59,135 bases of DNA from Octopus bimaculoides (GCF_001194135.2 NC_068994.1:29550519-29609653), one strand, 5' to 3'; shown: positions 24,545 through 37,857, counted from the first letter of the stretch. Numbers and translations: made by a program. The notes: a model not told the origin generated them from the letters alone.

Positions 24545-26152
24545 ATGTCACACTTGGGTGGGAAAACCATGCATATGTCTTCAAAACCTTTCGTTCCTCA
24601 GGGGTCAGAGTTTCAGACCCAATCAAATATGGCAGAAGTTCGAGAATATATCTTCCAAGACAGTAGTTATCCTGGTACTCAGTTTGTTCAACCTTGTTAT
24701 CAACCAGCTGAACTGAGGCCCAATATAGTGCAGGCTGCAGTTAATGAACAACCTACACCTGAGAACAAGAGCTCAACCATTAATTTTGACAATTCTTCCC
24801 ATGAAGGCTGTGCTTGTTGCCAAAAGACATGTCAATGCCCTAGTTGTACTGATGGTGGAAATGGTAGTGGAAGTGGTGTTGGCACTAGCAATAGCAGCAA
24901 TATAGGAGAACATAACATTTGCAATGTTAATGAACAACCTGTCACTAATTTGCCAATTCAGACGACTGGAAATGGAAAAAAGCAGCTATTTTGTGAATTT
25001 TGTGGTAAGAAATTTGTCCAAGAATATGTCCTGAAGGTCCACAGGCGTAAACATACTGGGGAAAAGCCATATGAATGTGAAATCTGCTCCAAGAAATTTG
25101 CCAGAAATGATACACTACGCAAACACAAGAGAATTCATACTGGACAGCCAAATGGCAGTGTTTCTAATGTTGGTATCTCTCCTAGTTTGAGTTTAATGAT
25201 TGCGCAAGGTGTTGTTGCCCAGGAAAATGGTGTAACCAATACTGGGAACCCAGGCACTATGATGTCTTCTGTTTCTAATTCTCAGACGTCTCAGAGAAAC
25301 AGTCAGAAATCATATACCTGTGACATTTGCCTGAAACCGTTTGCTCAGCGCCATTATTTACAGATCCATAAAAGAACACATACAGGTGAGCGCCCTTTTC
25401 ACTGTCAGGTTTGTGAACGAAGTTTCACTCGTAGAGACACACTGATTATTCATCAGAGAACACACACTGGTGTGAAACCATTTCATTGTGAAATCTGCAT
25501 GCAACAATTTGCACACAAACACAACCTCCAGATACACAAACGGAAACATACCGGGGAGAAACTGTTTCAATGTGACATCTGCGCTGAACTGTTCACACGC
25601 CGTGATTATTTACAAATTCATCGGCGGACTCATACAGGAGAGAAACCCTTCCAGTGTGATCTCTGTATCCAGAAGTTTGCCCGTCGCACCACATTGGAAA
25701 TTCACAGAAGAACACACACAGGAGAGAAGCCATTCCACTGTGAGTTCTGTGGAAAACAATTTGCTAATCGAGACAAGCTTCGCATACACCAGAGAACACA
25801 TGTACGCAAGAAGCCACACCAGTGCACTATATGTCTAAAGAAGTTTGCACGGAGAGATACACTTGAAATTCACAGCCGGAGACACTCTGGCCTCAAGCCA
25901 TTCCATTGTGACATTTGTCTGAAGAAATTTGCACAGAAAGATTACCTTCAGATTCATAAGAACACTGTGCACTCTGGACAGAAACCTTTCCAATGTGACC
26001 TCTGCACACAGAAGTTCTCCCGCCGTGATTCTCTGCAGCGGCACAAGAAAACACACTATAAACAGGTTGATGAAGTGCAGAAGGCCACATCTAGCATCAC
26101 AAATAACAATGTGGAAGAGGTGCAGCCACTGAATAAATACTTATGGTTGTAA
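24545..26152 (+). CDS. C2H2 zinc-finger protein, 535 aa, 11 fingers (2+9), single coding exon
   Basis: Uninterrupted ORF with CxxC-x12-HxxxH fingers and TGEKP-type linkers. The start codon is uncertain (several nearby Met). Confidence 0.95.
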   Translation: MSHLGGKTMHMSSKPFVPQGSEFQTQSNMAEVREYIFQDSSYPGTQFVQPCYQPAELRPNIVQAAVNEQPTPENKSSTINFDNSSHEGCACCQKTCQCPSCTDGGNGSGSGVGTSNSSNIGEHNICNVNEQPVTNLPIQTTGNGKKQLFCEFCGKKFVQEYVLKVHRRKHTGEKPYECEICSKKFARNDTLRKHKRIHTGQPNGSVSNVGISPSLSLMIAQGVVAQENGVTNTGNPGTMMSSVSNSQTSQRNSQKSYTCDICLKPFAQRHYLQIHKRTHTGERPFHCQVCERSFTRRDTLIIHQRTHTGVKPFHCEICMQQFAHKHNLQIHKRKHTGEKLFQCDICAELFTRRDYLQIHRRTHTGEKPFQCDLCIQKFARRTTLEIHRRTHTGEKPFHCEFCGKQFANRDKLRIHQRTHVRKKPHQCTICLKKFARRDTLEIHSRRHSGLKPFHCDICLKKFAQKDYLQIHKNTVHSGQKPFQCDLCTQKFSRRDSLQRHKKTHYKQVDEVQKATSSITNNNVEEVQPLNKYLWL

Positions 26153-26239
26153 ATTCAAAAATCAACTTAAGATGCAGCCAGTAATGCATTTATCAGGTAA
26201 TTATCATCATCATTATCATCATTAACCTCAAAGGCTCAA

Positions 26240-26760
26240 CTTTACTTTTCATCCTTCTAGGGTTAATAAAGTATCAGTTAAGTAGGGAGCTCAACGGTAT
26301 TGACTAACCCCTTCCTCAAATTATATGGATTGGCAAAATCGTTAGTGGCAAAAAATACTTTGTTGTATTTGTTCCAGGTCTTTCATTCTGAGTTCAAATC
26401 CATCTAGCATCAACTTTGCCTTTTATCCTTTCAGTGTCAATAAAATGAACCAATTGAGTACTAGGGTTGATGGTATTGAATAACCTCTTCCCTCCCAATT
26501 TGCTTTCTTTGTGCCTAAATTAGAAATCATTATTACTTTATGCAATTAAGGCAGCAAGCTATCAGAAGCATTAGCACGTTTGCAGCATTCTTCTGGATCT
26601 TTCCATTTGGAGCTTAAATTCTGTTGCTTTTGACTTTTCACTCCATCCTTTCAGATTGATAAAATCAATACCAGTTGAGCATTGGGGTTGATGTAATTGA
26701 TTAACCCCACCCACTAAAATTACTGGCACCTGCCAAAATTTTAAACTCATTACTATTTTA
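26240..26760 (+). mobile_element. Three degenerate family A SINE copies downstream of the ZNF gene
   Basis: Repeated ctgagttcaaat / actttgccttttatcc / aagtaccag motifs. Confidence 0.65.
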
Positions 26761-28267
26761 TGCAATTAAATCTACATTGTACATATGTGTGTGAATAAGT
26801 TTGTGTGTGTGGTGGGGAGTGTATGTCCTACTTCAACCATGTACAACAGTTGACAGTGTAACATCAGAAAATGTTATTTATTTAAATACACATATTTAAT
26901 AAGAACATGCATAATACGTATGTGTGTAATTATGAATGAAAATGTTGATGTGAACAAATCATTAATATGGTTCTTGTTATTTTGAAATGTAGGTTTTCTT
27001 TGATCATGAGGATGTTGGCTGCCATGACAACAGATGAGACTTCTTCACTGTTTGCAATAACCTACTTAATTCTACCAGATAATCCGTTATTGTATTCCTG
27101 TCAAAAGACCTTGTTATGCACTGTTAACAACTATACCAAGAATAAGTCTCTTTTATAGACATGCTATGTATTAATCTGTCATAACAACTCTACCAATGGA
27201 CTTTACCTTAGCAACTCCACCAGAAATACTCTGATATAGCAGCAGCTTTGGCTCTAAAATACCAAGATCCTAGTAATTCTACCAAAGATACATTACTAGT
27301 TAATTAAAAAATTAGGGGTTTGATTCCCCTGACCTGTCCACAACCATTAAGATTGTCTCATTCATCACTATTGGTGTAATTAATTACAATTTCTTGGATC
27401 ATTGCATCAAATTTGTTAACACTCATGTTACTACCAAAAAATATGGTCATTGGGAACTCAAATGAAAAGATATTAATGAAGTTTATGTCAAAGTGACATT
27501 TTGGGGGTTGACTAACAAAAACCAAAAAAGGAAAAAGTAAAAAAAAAAATGAAAAAAAATTTATCATAGCAGTTTTGTGAATAAAGATGTTGTTTGGTAC
27601 AATCTACAGAAACCACTCACTGTAATGAAAGTTCTATCCAGAAACAGTTCTGCCATATGGACCATAAAGAATCAACCACAATAATTGAACCAAAATTAAC
27701 AAACTCCAAATACTCTAACCTTAGCAATTATGTCCAAAACTAATTTGTTATTATAGCAGCAGTATTCAAAACACTTTTCTGTAACAAAAAAAAAAAAGCA
27801 GTGAATAATTACAATTTTACCAAAGTTTTCCTGCACAGGCCTCCTGACGACCCCTACAGTACCAAAGCTATCCTGCTGCTGTGTGATTTACAACAAGCTT
27901 TACTATAATACTCTCTCAAGGGCTCCCATACTTTTCTTACAGAGGTGAGTGTTAAGCTATTTAATGCAAGCAAATGAACAGTTAATTGTGTATATTTGTT
28001 TCTGAGATAAGGAATTGAAAGATAATGGTGATATGTTGTATATGTACCTTTTAGTATTTCAGGGACCATTAGCATTTGCTTTCCCTACATCATCACTATG
28101 GCAACCAGAAGCATATGTGGAGAAGGTGGTTATATTATTTGTTAATCTGTTTTTGTTAGTGTTTTTTTTTCAAAGATCTGACTGGAATAAAACAAACAAC
28201 TCCCAAATTCATTATTGAGGTATTTAATTAGTCAATATTCAAGGCAGCTTCAAAGTATATATATATA

Positions 28268-28332
<65 letters not shown>

Positions 28333-28591
28333 NNNNNNNNNNNNNNNNNNNNNNNNNNNNNNNNNNNNNNNNNNNNNNNNNNNNNNNNNNNNNNNNNNNN
28401 NNNNNNNNNNNNNNNNNNNNNNNNNNNNNNNNNNNNNNNNNNNNNNNNNNNNNNNNNNNNNNNNNNNNNNNNNNNNNNNNNNNNNNNNNNNNNNNNNNNN
28501 NNNNNNNNNNNNNNNNNNNNNNNNNNNNNNNNNNNNNNNNNNNNNNNNNNNNNNNNNNNNNNNNNNNNNNNNNNNNNNNNNNNNNNNNNNN

Positions 28592-28627
<36 letters not shown>

Positions 28628-28734
28628 TATACATGTATGTGTATATACATATATATATATATACACACATACATGTATAGTATATATATTTATGTTTGTA
28701 TATATGCACACACACACAAGCTGCAGGCATGGCC

Positions 28735-29100
28735 ATGTAGTTTAGAAGCTTGCTCCCCGAATATGTGATTTCAGGTTCAGCCCCATTGCTCACACCTTGG
28801 GCAAATGTCTTCTACTGTAACCCCAGGCCATCTAAAGCCTTGTGAGTAAATTTGGTAGACAAACTGAAAGAAGCCTATGTGTGTGTGTCCCATAGTCTTG
28901 ACATTGTGTGATAGTTGTAAGTAAATGTAGTTTATTTCCAATCTTCCATAAAAAACATGTCTAGACATGGGGAAGTATTACTTTTCTTGGAAACAGGTGA
29001 GGGTTGGTGACAGGAAGGGCATCCAACCATAGAAAATGTGCTCAGTGAATTCCATCTGACCCATCCATGCATAGAAAGGTTCACATTAAAATAATGATGA
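28735..29100 (+). mobile_element. Family B SINE head joined to an RTE-type 3' tail
   Basis: ggttcagccccattgctcacaccttgggcaaatgtc..; tail gacaggaagggcatccaacc..ccatgcatagaaag..taatgatga. A similar tail occurs at ~43200-43420. Confidence 0.65.
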
Positions 29101-29409
29101 GGGTACCAAAACAACCTTTTCTTTCATATATTACCCTAACATTAAATTACAAAATAGTTATTATAACGAAACCCAATAATTCTATGGTTAAAAAAAAAAA
29201 AATACTCTTCTGATGAACCTGAATAAGTTCAAAATATCTATTTCAAAGACATCTAGAGGTCACAAGTAGAAGAATCCCTATGTATTCATGCTAATTTCAT
29301 AGATTTCTTCTTGGATTCAAATTAGGAGAGAAAAGAAAAACTATCTGGAAACAATATATATTTTTTAAGTTCTAGTTTAACATATGTTTTGTTAAGAATA
29401 AATAAATAA

Positions 29410-29448
<39 letters not shown>

Positions 29449-30279
29449 ATGTACTGCAAGTAGTTATACAGTCTTTGGATGTGCAGAGTGCTTAATTATT
29501 TATTTATTAATTAATGTTGAGCTCTCTGATAATCAAATATTCATAATAAGTATGTGTGCTATTGAGGTGATAGCCTGGATTGGACAGATCCTTACTATTT
29601 TACCATGCTGGTATGGGTTGGACATCACAGTCCAAGTCAGTTCTAGTTCAGTGTTATTGCTTTCTTAGATGGGTTGATAACCACAACTTGTCATATATCT
29701 AAATTTCTTTCTTACTGAAGCATATATATATTGTTTATATAAAATGAACTATATATATATATATATGTATATATAGTCCCATGAAACTGCATAGATATGT
29801 GTGTGTGTGTGTGTATTTAGACTCTTGTGAACCCTACGAGGACATTTAGAGGTAGAACTATATATTTTGGTAAGAAGTGTATATTTCCTACTAGAAGTTG
29901 GTTCTACTTGAAAGACCCATGTCATTTAGACATATCTACAGAGGACTCTTCATGTACAGATTCATGTAGAATAGTACTTACAGTATCTTAATGAACAAAC
30001 CTATGTCATTTAGAGGTAGCCCTAGTGAATCCTGCTAGAACAGACATATGTTATTTGGGGGTAGTCCTTGTTAATTCTTCTTGAACAGACCCATTGGAAG
30101 TCAGCAATTATATTCTGATGACATGATGAAGTTCAGCTATGATCAACACGCACACATACACACTTATGTATGTACCTCTTAAAAGACATGCACATACGCA
30201 CACACTCATACACTCACAAAACACAATGTAACTATTCCTCAACCAAACCCAAGAAATAAAATAGTCTCTCTAGTATATT

Positions 30280-30660
30280 TAATCATCATCATCATCATCA
30301 TCATCATCACCATCATTTAATGTTCCCGTTCCATGCTGGCATAGGTTTGACACTTTGACAAGATCTGATGTGTCCAAGGATTGCATCATGCTCCAATGTC
30401 TGTTTTGGCTTAGTTTCTGTAGCCAGATGCCCTTCCTAATGCCCTTCCTAATGCCAACCACTTTACAAGACTGGGCTCCTTTTTCATGCCACCTGTACTA
30501 TTGAGGTTACTACGCAATTTTCAGAATTACAAAGCCAGAGGAGCGGGACCAGCTTTATGCTAGGTAACAAGATAATTGAACTATGAGAAGTAGGGGTGGT
30601 GGCAGTGCAGGTTCTTGTAGAGGATCTGCATGACTAGTCACTTTTAGTAGGGGAAGTGGA
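30280..30660 (-). repeat. Interspersed repeat family C with (GAT)n tail (second copy ~33920-34290)
   Basis: Both copies share catttaatgt..gcatgggtt..cctaatgccaaccactttaca..tttatgctagg. Confidence 0.65.
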
Positions 30661-31049
30661 GAGAAAGAGGAAAGGAACAGTAGAAGCTGCAAGATAGAGA
30701 GTGAGATAATAGCGATGAGGTGCCTAGATGGCCCAAAAGGCTAAAGGTGTATTGAAGAATTGGTTTGCAAGATTGTATGAGGAGGAAAGACTGCTAAACT
30801 GGGTAGGGTTGAAGGGTGGATGAGCAAGAAGCCATGGGTTGGAGCAGATGGATGGATGCAGAAGAGGAGTGTGAGCTGCAAGAGTAGATGTTATAGTTGT
30901 CAGGGTGAGGAGGACAAGCGAGAGAGGGATGACATGGTTGGGTAGTCTGTAGGTGCCTGGGGATGAAGAACAGGTGAGCCTAATGCATGGGATTTGGGGG
31001 AATGAGTCACAGTAATGTGGTTGGAGAGCACAATACTTTCAGAACTCAG

Positions 31050-33880
31050 TTTTGCTGACTAGGGCAGGTCTTTTCAAGAACCTCATACTGCCTGAGATCC
31101 TGGTCCTTTGTCATCTCCATCAGGCTCAGATTCCTGAGGTCAACCTTAACCACTTCATCCCATGTCTTTTTGGGTCTCTCTCATCTGCAAGTTTTGGCCA
31201 CATTTAGTGATTGGCATTTCTTTATGTATCTGTCATTATCCACATCCATCATTTACCCATATCAGCACCATCTTTGTTGTATACATCTGATTCCTCTTAT
31301 ACTAGTTTTTCACTCAGCACCTTAGTACTTATTCTTTCTTGCACATTCACATTGCACATCCAACTAAGCATGCTCACTTCATTTCTTTCCAGTCTTCTTA
31401 AGTCCTCTGCATTAAAGGCCCATATGTCACTACCATGCAACACTGCAGTTTTAATATAAGCATAATATAGTCTGTCCTTCATCAGTTTCTCTTAAGGAAA
31501 AGGCTATTGTTGTCAGCAGTGGTATGAGGTTGGGCTGATAAGTTCATAGACTGGCTATCAAGGAGTGATGTTAGAGCTGTGAAATCCTGCATTTCAACCC
31601 TTCTTATTTATAACTGCATCATTTCTTTCCAGGTAAACTGACATATGACTATTCAAAGAAGACTTCAAAAGTAGCTAGTAGTAACTTCTCTTGCAGAAAA
31701 AGGGTTTAGCCCCTCAAGGACACACATGCTGACATGGTTGCTACATTAGGGGGACAACTCTGCAGCTTTATAAAAGGGGGCTGCTGAATTTAGGAGGGGA
31801 AGGGTGAATCTTGAAGATGACCCAAGGTCTGGATATCCTGCAGCTGCTACTGCCAAGGAAAACATTCATTGTGTTCACCACATGGTGATGGGCATTCGAC
31901 TGTAAATCAAATAGCCAATGCTGTTAGCATGTCCTATGAGAGAGTTGAGAATATTTGCACAGTGAACTTGGCATGATGAGGGTTTCTGCTCAGTGGATGC
32001 CATGTCTTCTGATACCTGATCAGAAGTGCACCAGGCTGATCACGTCATGAGAAAATCTGTTATTGTTTGAAGAAGACCTAGTTGGTTTTCTTGAATGTTT
32101 CATAAGCCAGGATGAATTTTGGGTTCATCACTTTGAGCCAGAGACAAAGAGACAATACATGCAGTGGAAACACCTCTCCTCACCTCCTCTGAAGAAGACC
32201 AAGGTTGATTCATCTACAGAGAAAGTAATGGTCTCAGTTTTTGGGATGCAAAAGGCATTGTGTTTATTGATTATCTTCAAAAGGGCTACATGATCAATGA
32301 AGAGTACTATGCCAACTTGCTGAAGCAGTTATATGCACGGCCATCAAGATCAAATGCCCAGGAAAACTGACACATAAGTCTTTGGTTTCAATGGCTGCTG
32401 TGCTTGACTGTGGCTTTGGACTGGTTGATTATTCTCCCTATTCTCCTGATTTGAACCCATCTGACTATCATCTGTTCCCCAGTATGAAACAACACTTGAC
32501 TGGGAGCCAGTTTGCAGTGATGATGATGTCATATCTGCTGTTGATGACTTTTTGACCAACAGGATGAAAACTTCTTCATCAATGGGATCCATTGCAGCAC
32601 TCTGGCTACTATACTTTCAGAGCAACCACCTCCTTTGCTTATTACCTTTCCTAAGTAACGAAAGCTATCAACTATTTCTAGTGAACCGTTTGGGCATTTC
32701 AGAGACTTGGTTTTTCGTATGCTTGTATGAACTGCTCCAGTGCATCTACCACACCTGAAGCTTATATTTTCATATAGTCTGTCAGCAATTTGACTAGATC
32801 TCTTGTGTGTTCATAGCTTATATCAAGTACAGTGTATGAACTTTATTCCTACTTACTGAAACCTTAGTCTATACTAAGTTTATTTTAAGGCCTCTTAATT
32901 TCAGGTTTAGCTTCCATGTGTGGAGTTTCTTCTCTAATTCCTCTATGAATTCACTTATAAGAACTAGATCTTCAGTATATAGGAGTTCCCAAGAATAACA
33001 AGTGTTCAACTCCACTGTGATGGCTTGTAGGACTATGATGAATAAGAAAGGACTAAGGACTGAACCTTGATAGACTCCGACTTCATCACTGAATCCATTA
33101 TCAACTCTCACTTTACTTGCTGCATCCTCAAGTCGCTCATCTACTTCTAGTTTCCTCAGTGCCCACCAGATTATTGAACATAGTGCCTTGTCAAATACTT
33201 TCCCCAAATCAAGGAAAGCCAGCTATAGTAGTTTATTCTTAGCCAAGTATTTCTCTTGTAGTTGCCTCGCTAAGAAGATTGCATCTGTGGTGTCTCTTCT
33301 GCAGTCAAATCCAAACTGCATCTCTTCTAGGTCTACTCTATCATGAATCAATTGACCTATAACTTCCTCTTTGACCTTCATAATTTTATCTAGAAGTTTG
33401 ATTCCCCCTACAATTGATTACCTTTGCCCTTGTAGCAGTTTACAATGATACTGCTATACCAGTCAGTGGGTTTGACACCCTCCTGAATGACTTGATAACT
33501 TTACCATACTGCTGTCATCTTGAAGCGCTGGTTCTTCTATTGTGTCAGCATGGGGTAGTCCCTGTTTATCCCATGCATTCTCCACATTCAACATCTTTTT
33601 ATGATAGCATTTCTACACCAGTCTCTTTTATTCTATATCAATGGCAAGTTTGCTTCCATCATTCTGAATACACATCTCACAAATGATATGACAGTTCTCT
33701 TTCACAGATTGTCTTGCAATCCTGAAAATTTCTCACCTCTGATCCTCACATTGCAGGACATGTGCAAATCTCTTCTTTTCTGCCTCACCTTTAGTCTAGT
33801 GCACAAGATGCCTCGATGTCCTCAATTTGTTGACACTTTTTATACTTCACCATAATTCATCTATTAACATAACAAATGAC
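31050..33880 (-). mobile_element. Degenerate RTE LINE (RT and C-terminal region), interrupted by mariner
   Basis: QFGF..TTDAIFLARQLQEK, FLDLGKVFD, GVYQGSVLSPFLF, LLYTEDL, VDSFRYLG, KTWDEVVKVDL. Confidence 0.88.
31523..32600 (+). mobile_element. mariner transposon remnant inserted in the RTE
   Basis: Left TIR tatgaggttgggctgataagttc; EDDPRSG, WMPCLL, QDEFWVHHFEPETKRQ, YSPDLNPSDYHLF. No right TIR seen. Confidence 0.88.
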
Positions 33881-35129
33881 TGAGGTTGACTTTGTCTATC
33901 AATCTTCTGATGTCATCATCGTCATTGCCATCATCGTCATTGTCATCATCGCCATCATCATTATCTAATGTCCATGTTCTGTGCTAGCATGGGTTGGAAG
34001 GTTTGAAGGAATCTGATGGGTCCTAAGACTGCATCATAGTCCATTGTGTAATTTGGCATTAGGAAGGGCTAGATGCCTTTCCTAATGCCAACCACTTTAC
34101 AGTGAGTACTGGGTGTTTTTCTTGTGCCACCACATTAGTGAGGTTGTCATGCAGCTCACAAGACTGAAACCTGAGAAGAGGTGGTGGTGACAAGGGGCAA
34201 ATTTATGCTAGGAGAATAAGGAGTAGAGAGGGATAATGTATGAGAGAAAAGGGTCTGAGCAGAACAGGTTCCTTGCTGTAGAGGAGAAAAATAAAATACT
34301 GGGGTCAGTTTAATCCACAAACTCCTCTCTTTTAAATTTCTGATCTTGTATTTGTGTTAGAAAATTATTTGAGCAGTAGATTTGCAGAACCATTGGCACA
34401 TTAGATAAAATGCCTTGTGGTGTTTACTTATTGGACTTGATATTCTGAGTTCAAATCTTACCAAAGTTAACTTTTCCTTTTATCTTTTTGGTGTTAGCAA
34501 AACAACTGGAGTCAGTTTAATCAACACCTATCCCATAAATTTCAAGCTTTATACCTATGTTAGAAATAATTATTATTAATAAGTCATTAGTGTGATAGAA
34601 ATAGTGGAGCAATGGATAAAATGGCTTACATTATTTAGTTTTGACTCTCTGTATCCTTTGTTCAATCTTCAGTTTGCTTTCACTCCTGCAGAGTGACTCA
34701 AATGTGCACCAATGGTTAATCTAGGCCTCTTACAATTGACTGTATTTCCTTCCACTTTCTACATGTACAAGTTTGCCAAATATAAAAAAATCACTTCACC
34801 TTATCATTTCATTATCATACCAACCCTGAGTAAGCAAACATGAAAATGTATTAAAAGACATTCTATCTCTGATCATCCAATTTTTTAGTCTGTATGTCTT
34901 GTGATCTTTCCTGTTTTAAGATAGTAGATTGTGATTTGAGAGAGATTTTGCTTCTATTTTTAGCTGGTTGACCAAGTAGGGCTCTTGTTTGGTGATGGAG
35001 GAATAAACTGTTCAATTATTGTTGGGATACATAACCCAGAGTATTTAACTCATTGATTTACATCTGGGGCTCAAATCATGCTCAATTTTTTTTTTAGTGT
35101 GACTACGTGTAAGAAGCTTGTTTCTCCAC

Positions 35130-35470
35130 CACATGCTTCTGGGTTCAGTCCTGGACAAGTGTCTTCTACTATGGTCTCAGGCCAACCAAAACCTTTGTGA
35201 ATGGATTTGGTAGATGGAAACTGAAATAAACCTGTCAGATGTATATGTTTGTATGTATTTGTCTCCCCACCACCACCGCTTGACAACCAGTGCTGGTTTA
35301 TTTATATCCCTGTAACTTAGCGGTCCGACAAAAAAAGAGATTGATAGAACAAGTACCAGGCTTAAAAAAACAGAAAATAAGTACTGGAGTCGATTCATTC
35401 AACTATAAAAGCTCTTCAAGGCAGTGCTCCAGCATAGCCACAGTCTAATGACTGAAACAGATGAAAGATA
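35130..35470 (+). mobile_element. Family B SINE
   Basis: gggttcagtcctggacaagtgtc..ccctgtaacttagcgg..ccagcatagccacagtctaatgactgaaac. Confidence 0.78.
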
Positions 35471-35904
35471 CATGGTGAAAGATGATGATGATCACAAGGT
35501 CGTGGTTTTCATTCCTGGACCAGATGATGCATTGAATTCTTGAGCAAATCACTGTAGAAATCTTGCCAAAATGGACAATTGGAGTCTGGCCTACATCCCA
35601 GCTCACCAGCTCCAGTCAAACCATCCAGCTCATGCCAGCATGGAAAGTGGACATTAAACAATGATGATGATGATTGTTATTTTGATTGTTTGTCCTTGTT
35701 TGCAAGTTGGTGGTTGTTTATGATTGAGATATAATTTTTTTAGAACACTTGTTTTTGATTTTTGGTGGGTGTATTTTTTATTTTGACCAATGTAACATCC
35801 TTGTCTATGATTTCTGTTATTTCTATTCAAGGTTTTTTTCAATTATATCAACAGCTTTGATGGGTGGAAATAGGATATTTTCTTGTAGTAATGCAGTTAT
35901 ATTG

Positions 35905-36410
35905 TATTGGGTGGTATCAATAAGTTCCTGGACTATTTGTGTTTAATAAAAAAATAACTTATTAATCCAAATTATAACATCATCTCCTTCAAAATAGTCA
36001 CCTTGCACAGCAGTACACCGATCGCAGTGTTCTTGCCACTTTTGGAATTTGGCCTGGAAGTCATTTTCCATAAGCGAGTTGAGGACCTTTTGGGATTTGC
36101 TCTGGAGCTTGACACTGGTGTTAAAATGGCAATCTTTGAGCTGCAGTCTCATCTTGGAGAAGAGATGGAAGTTTGCTGGTGCTAAATCTGGCAAATAGGG
36201 TGGGTGCAGAAGTGATACCATGTTGTTTTTGATGAGGACAGCTCAATGACAGGGTGCATTGTCATCATGAAGAATCCAGTTCTTCATTCTCCACAGATCT
36301 AGACACTTTCATTGAATGTCCTCCCTCAAATGCTTCAAAATGTAGTAGAACTCTTGATTAACGGTCTGGCCCTGGCGGATGAATTCTTGATGCATATTAC
36401 TGTTGATGTC
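35905..36410 (-). mobile_element. mariner 3' fragment with one TIR
   Basis: HPPYLPDLAPANFHLF..QKWQEHCDRC..QGDYFEG; TIR tattgggtggtatcaataagttcctggact at 35905. Confidence 0.85.
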
Positions 36411-37664
36411 AAAAAATAATATATATATATATATACACACATATATATATATATTTATATATATATATTTATATATATATAAATTTAATATATGAATTCA
36501 AGTAATCTGGTAGTACTCATAAAAATAACTCCTTAATGTATCATTCTACAAAACAAGGAATATATATAGAAAATGATAAGGAATGTATAAAGTCACAAAT
36601 GACAATAATAGTTTGATGAAATTTCATTTAACAATAAGAAAATTTGAATGTTACAACAAATTGTTTTGTAACTTAAAAACATATAAATGATTTATATTAT
36701 TATATTCAATAATAAATAAATTACTTACATGTTTGCATTAATACAAAATGCAAAAAATCCTTCTAAATAATGCAGAATTTAAGTTACGTCTTCATGAAAG
36801 AAGGTCTTTGTTAAATTTAATAAGACTTTCATCAAAGTATTTGTCTGTCACTTATGACTTTATATCATCATCATCATCATTAACATTTAACGTCCAACCC
36901 ATGCTGGCATGGGTTGGATGATTTGACCAGAGCTGGTAAGCTTGGGGGTTGTGTGCATAACTATTTGTGTGTGTGCTGTTCATGTTTTTGGTTGAGTCTT
37001 ATTCTTGATTCTTTAACCCATCTCTTGAGTTAGAAAAGTGTGGCTAGATTTTCTAGTATAAGTAGTAGTAGTAGTAGTATTAATAGTTTTGTGAGATAGT
37101 CTCAAGTAAACATCAGTCAGTAACAACACAAGTAGACTTTTCAATACTCACCTGAGTGATATTTAAAAAAGTTCATTCAGCTGGCCAGAACTGGAAGTTG
37201 TGTATTTCTTGGAATTTTCTTGTTTAAAAACTGATATTAGATGTAGGAATGGCTCCTACAATTGTTCTCTCATTACCCTTCTCATATGACCCATACGAGA
37301 TTTAAAAATTTTTCATCAATTATTGAATTGGAATTCAATAATCCCCACTTCATATAAACCAAGTGGCAATTGGTTTTGTTTGTTGATGCTGCTGATCCCG
37401 TTGTTGGGTATACTCTGACACTACTGTGTGAGTCTTTGAAGAAAATCATCATTGTTGCCATCATCATCATCACAATTATCATCATTGTTGCCATTATTTT
37501 CATAATCATCATCACCATCATTTATCCCTTTTTTTAGACTGATACCAGCTTTATACTGTGTCAATGTTTTATAATCCCTCACTCCCTACACAACCTATAA
37601 ATATGCAGCCTTGTGCGATATGTGAGAAATCATAATAATCATCATCATCATCATCATCATTATT

Positions 37665-37825
37665 GTGGTAATTTGTTTGTCTTTATGTTCTGAGTTCAAA
37701 TTCCGCCGAGGTCGACTTTCCCTTTCATCTTTTCAGTTGAGTACTGGGATCGATGTAATCAACTATCCTCCTCCCCCAAATTTCAGGCCTTGTGCCTATA
37801 GTAGAAAGAATTATTATTGTCATCA

Positions 37826-37857
<32 letters not shown>

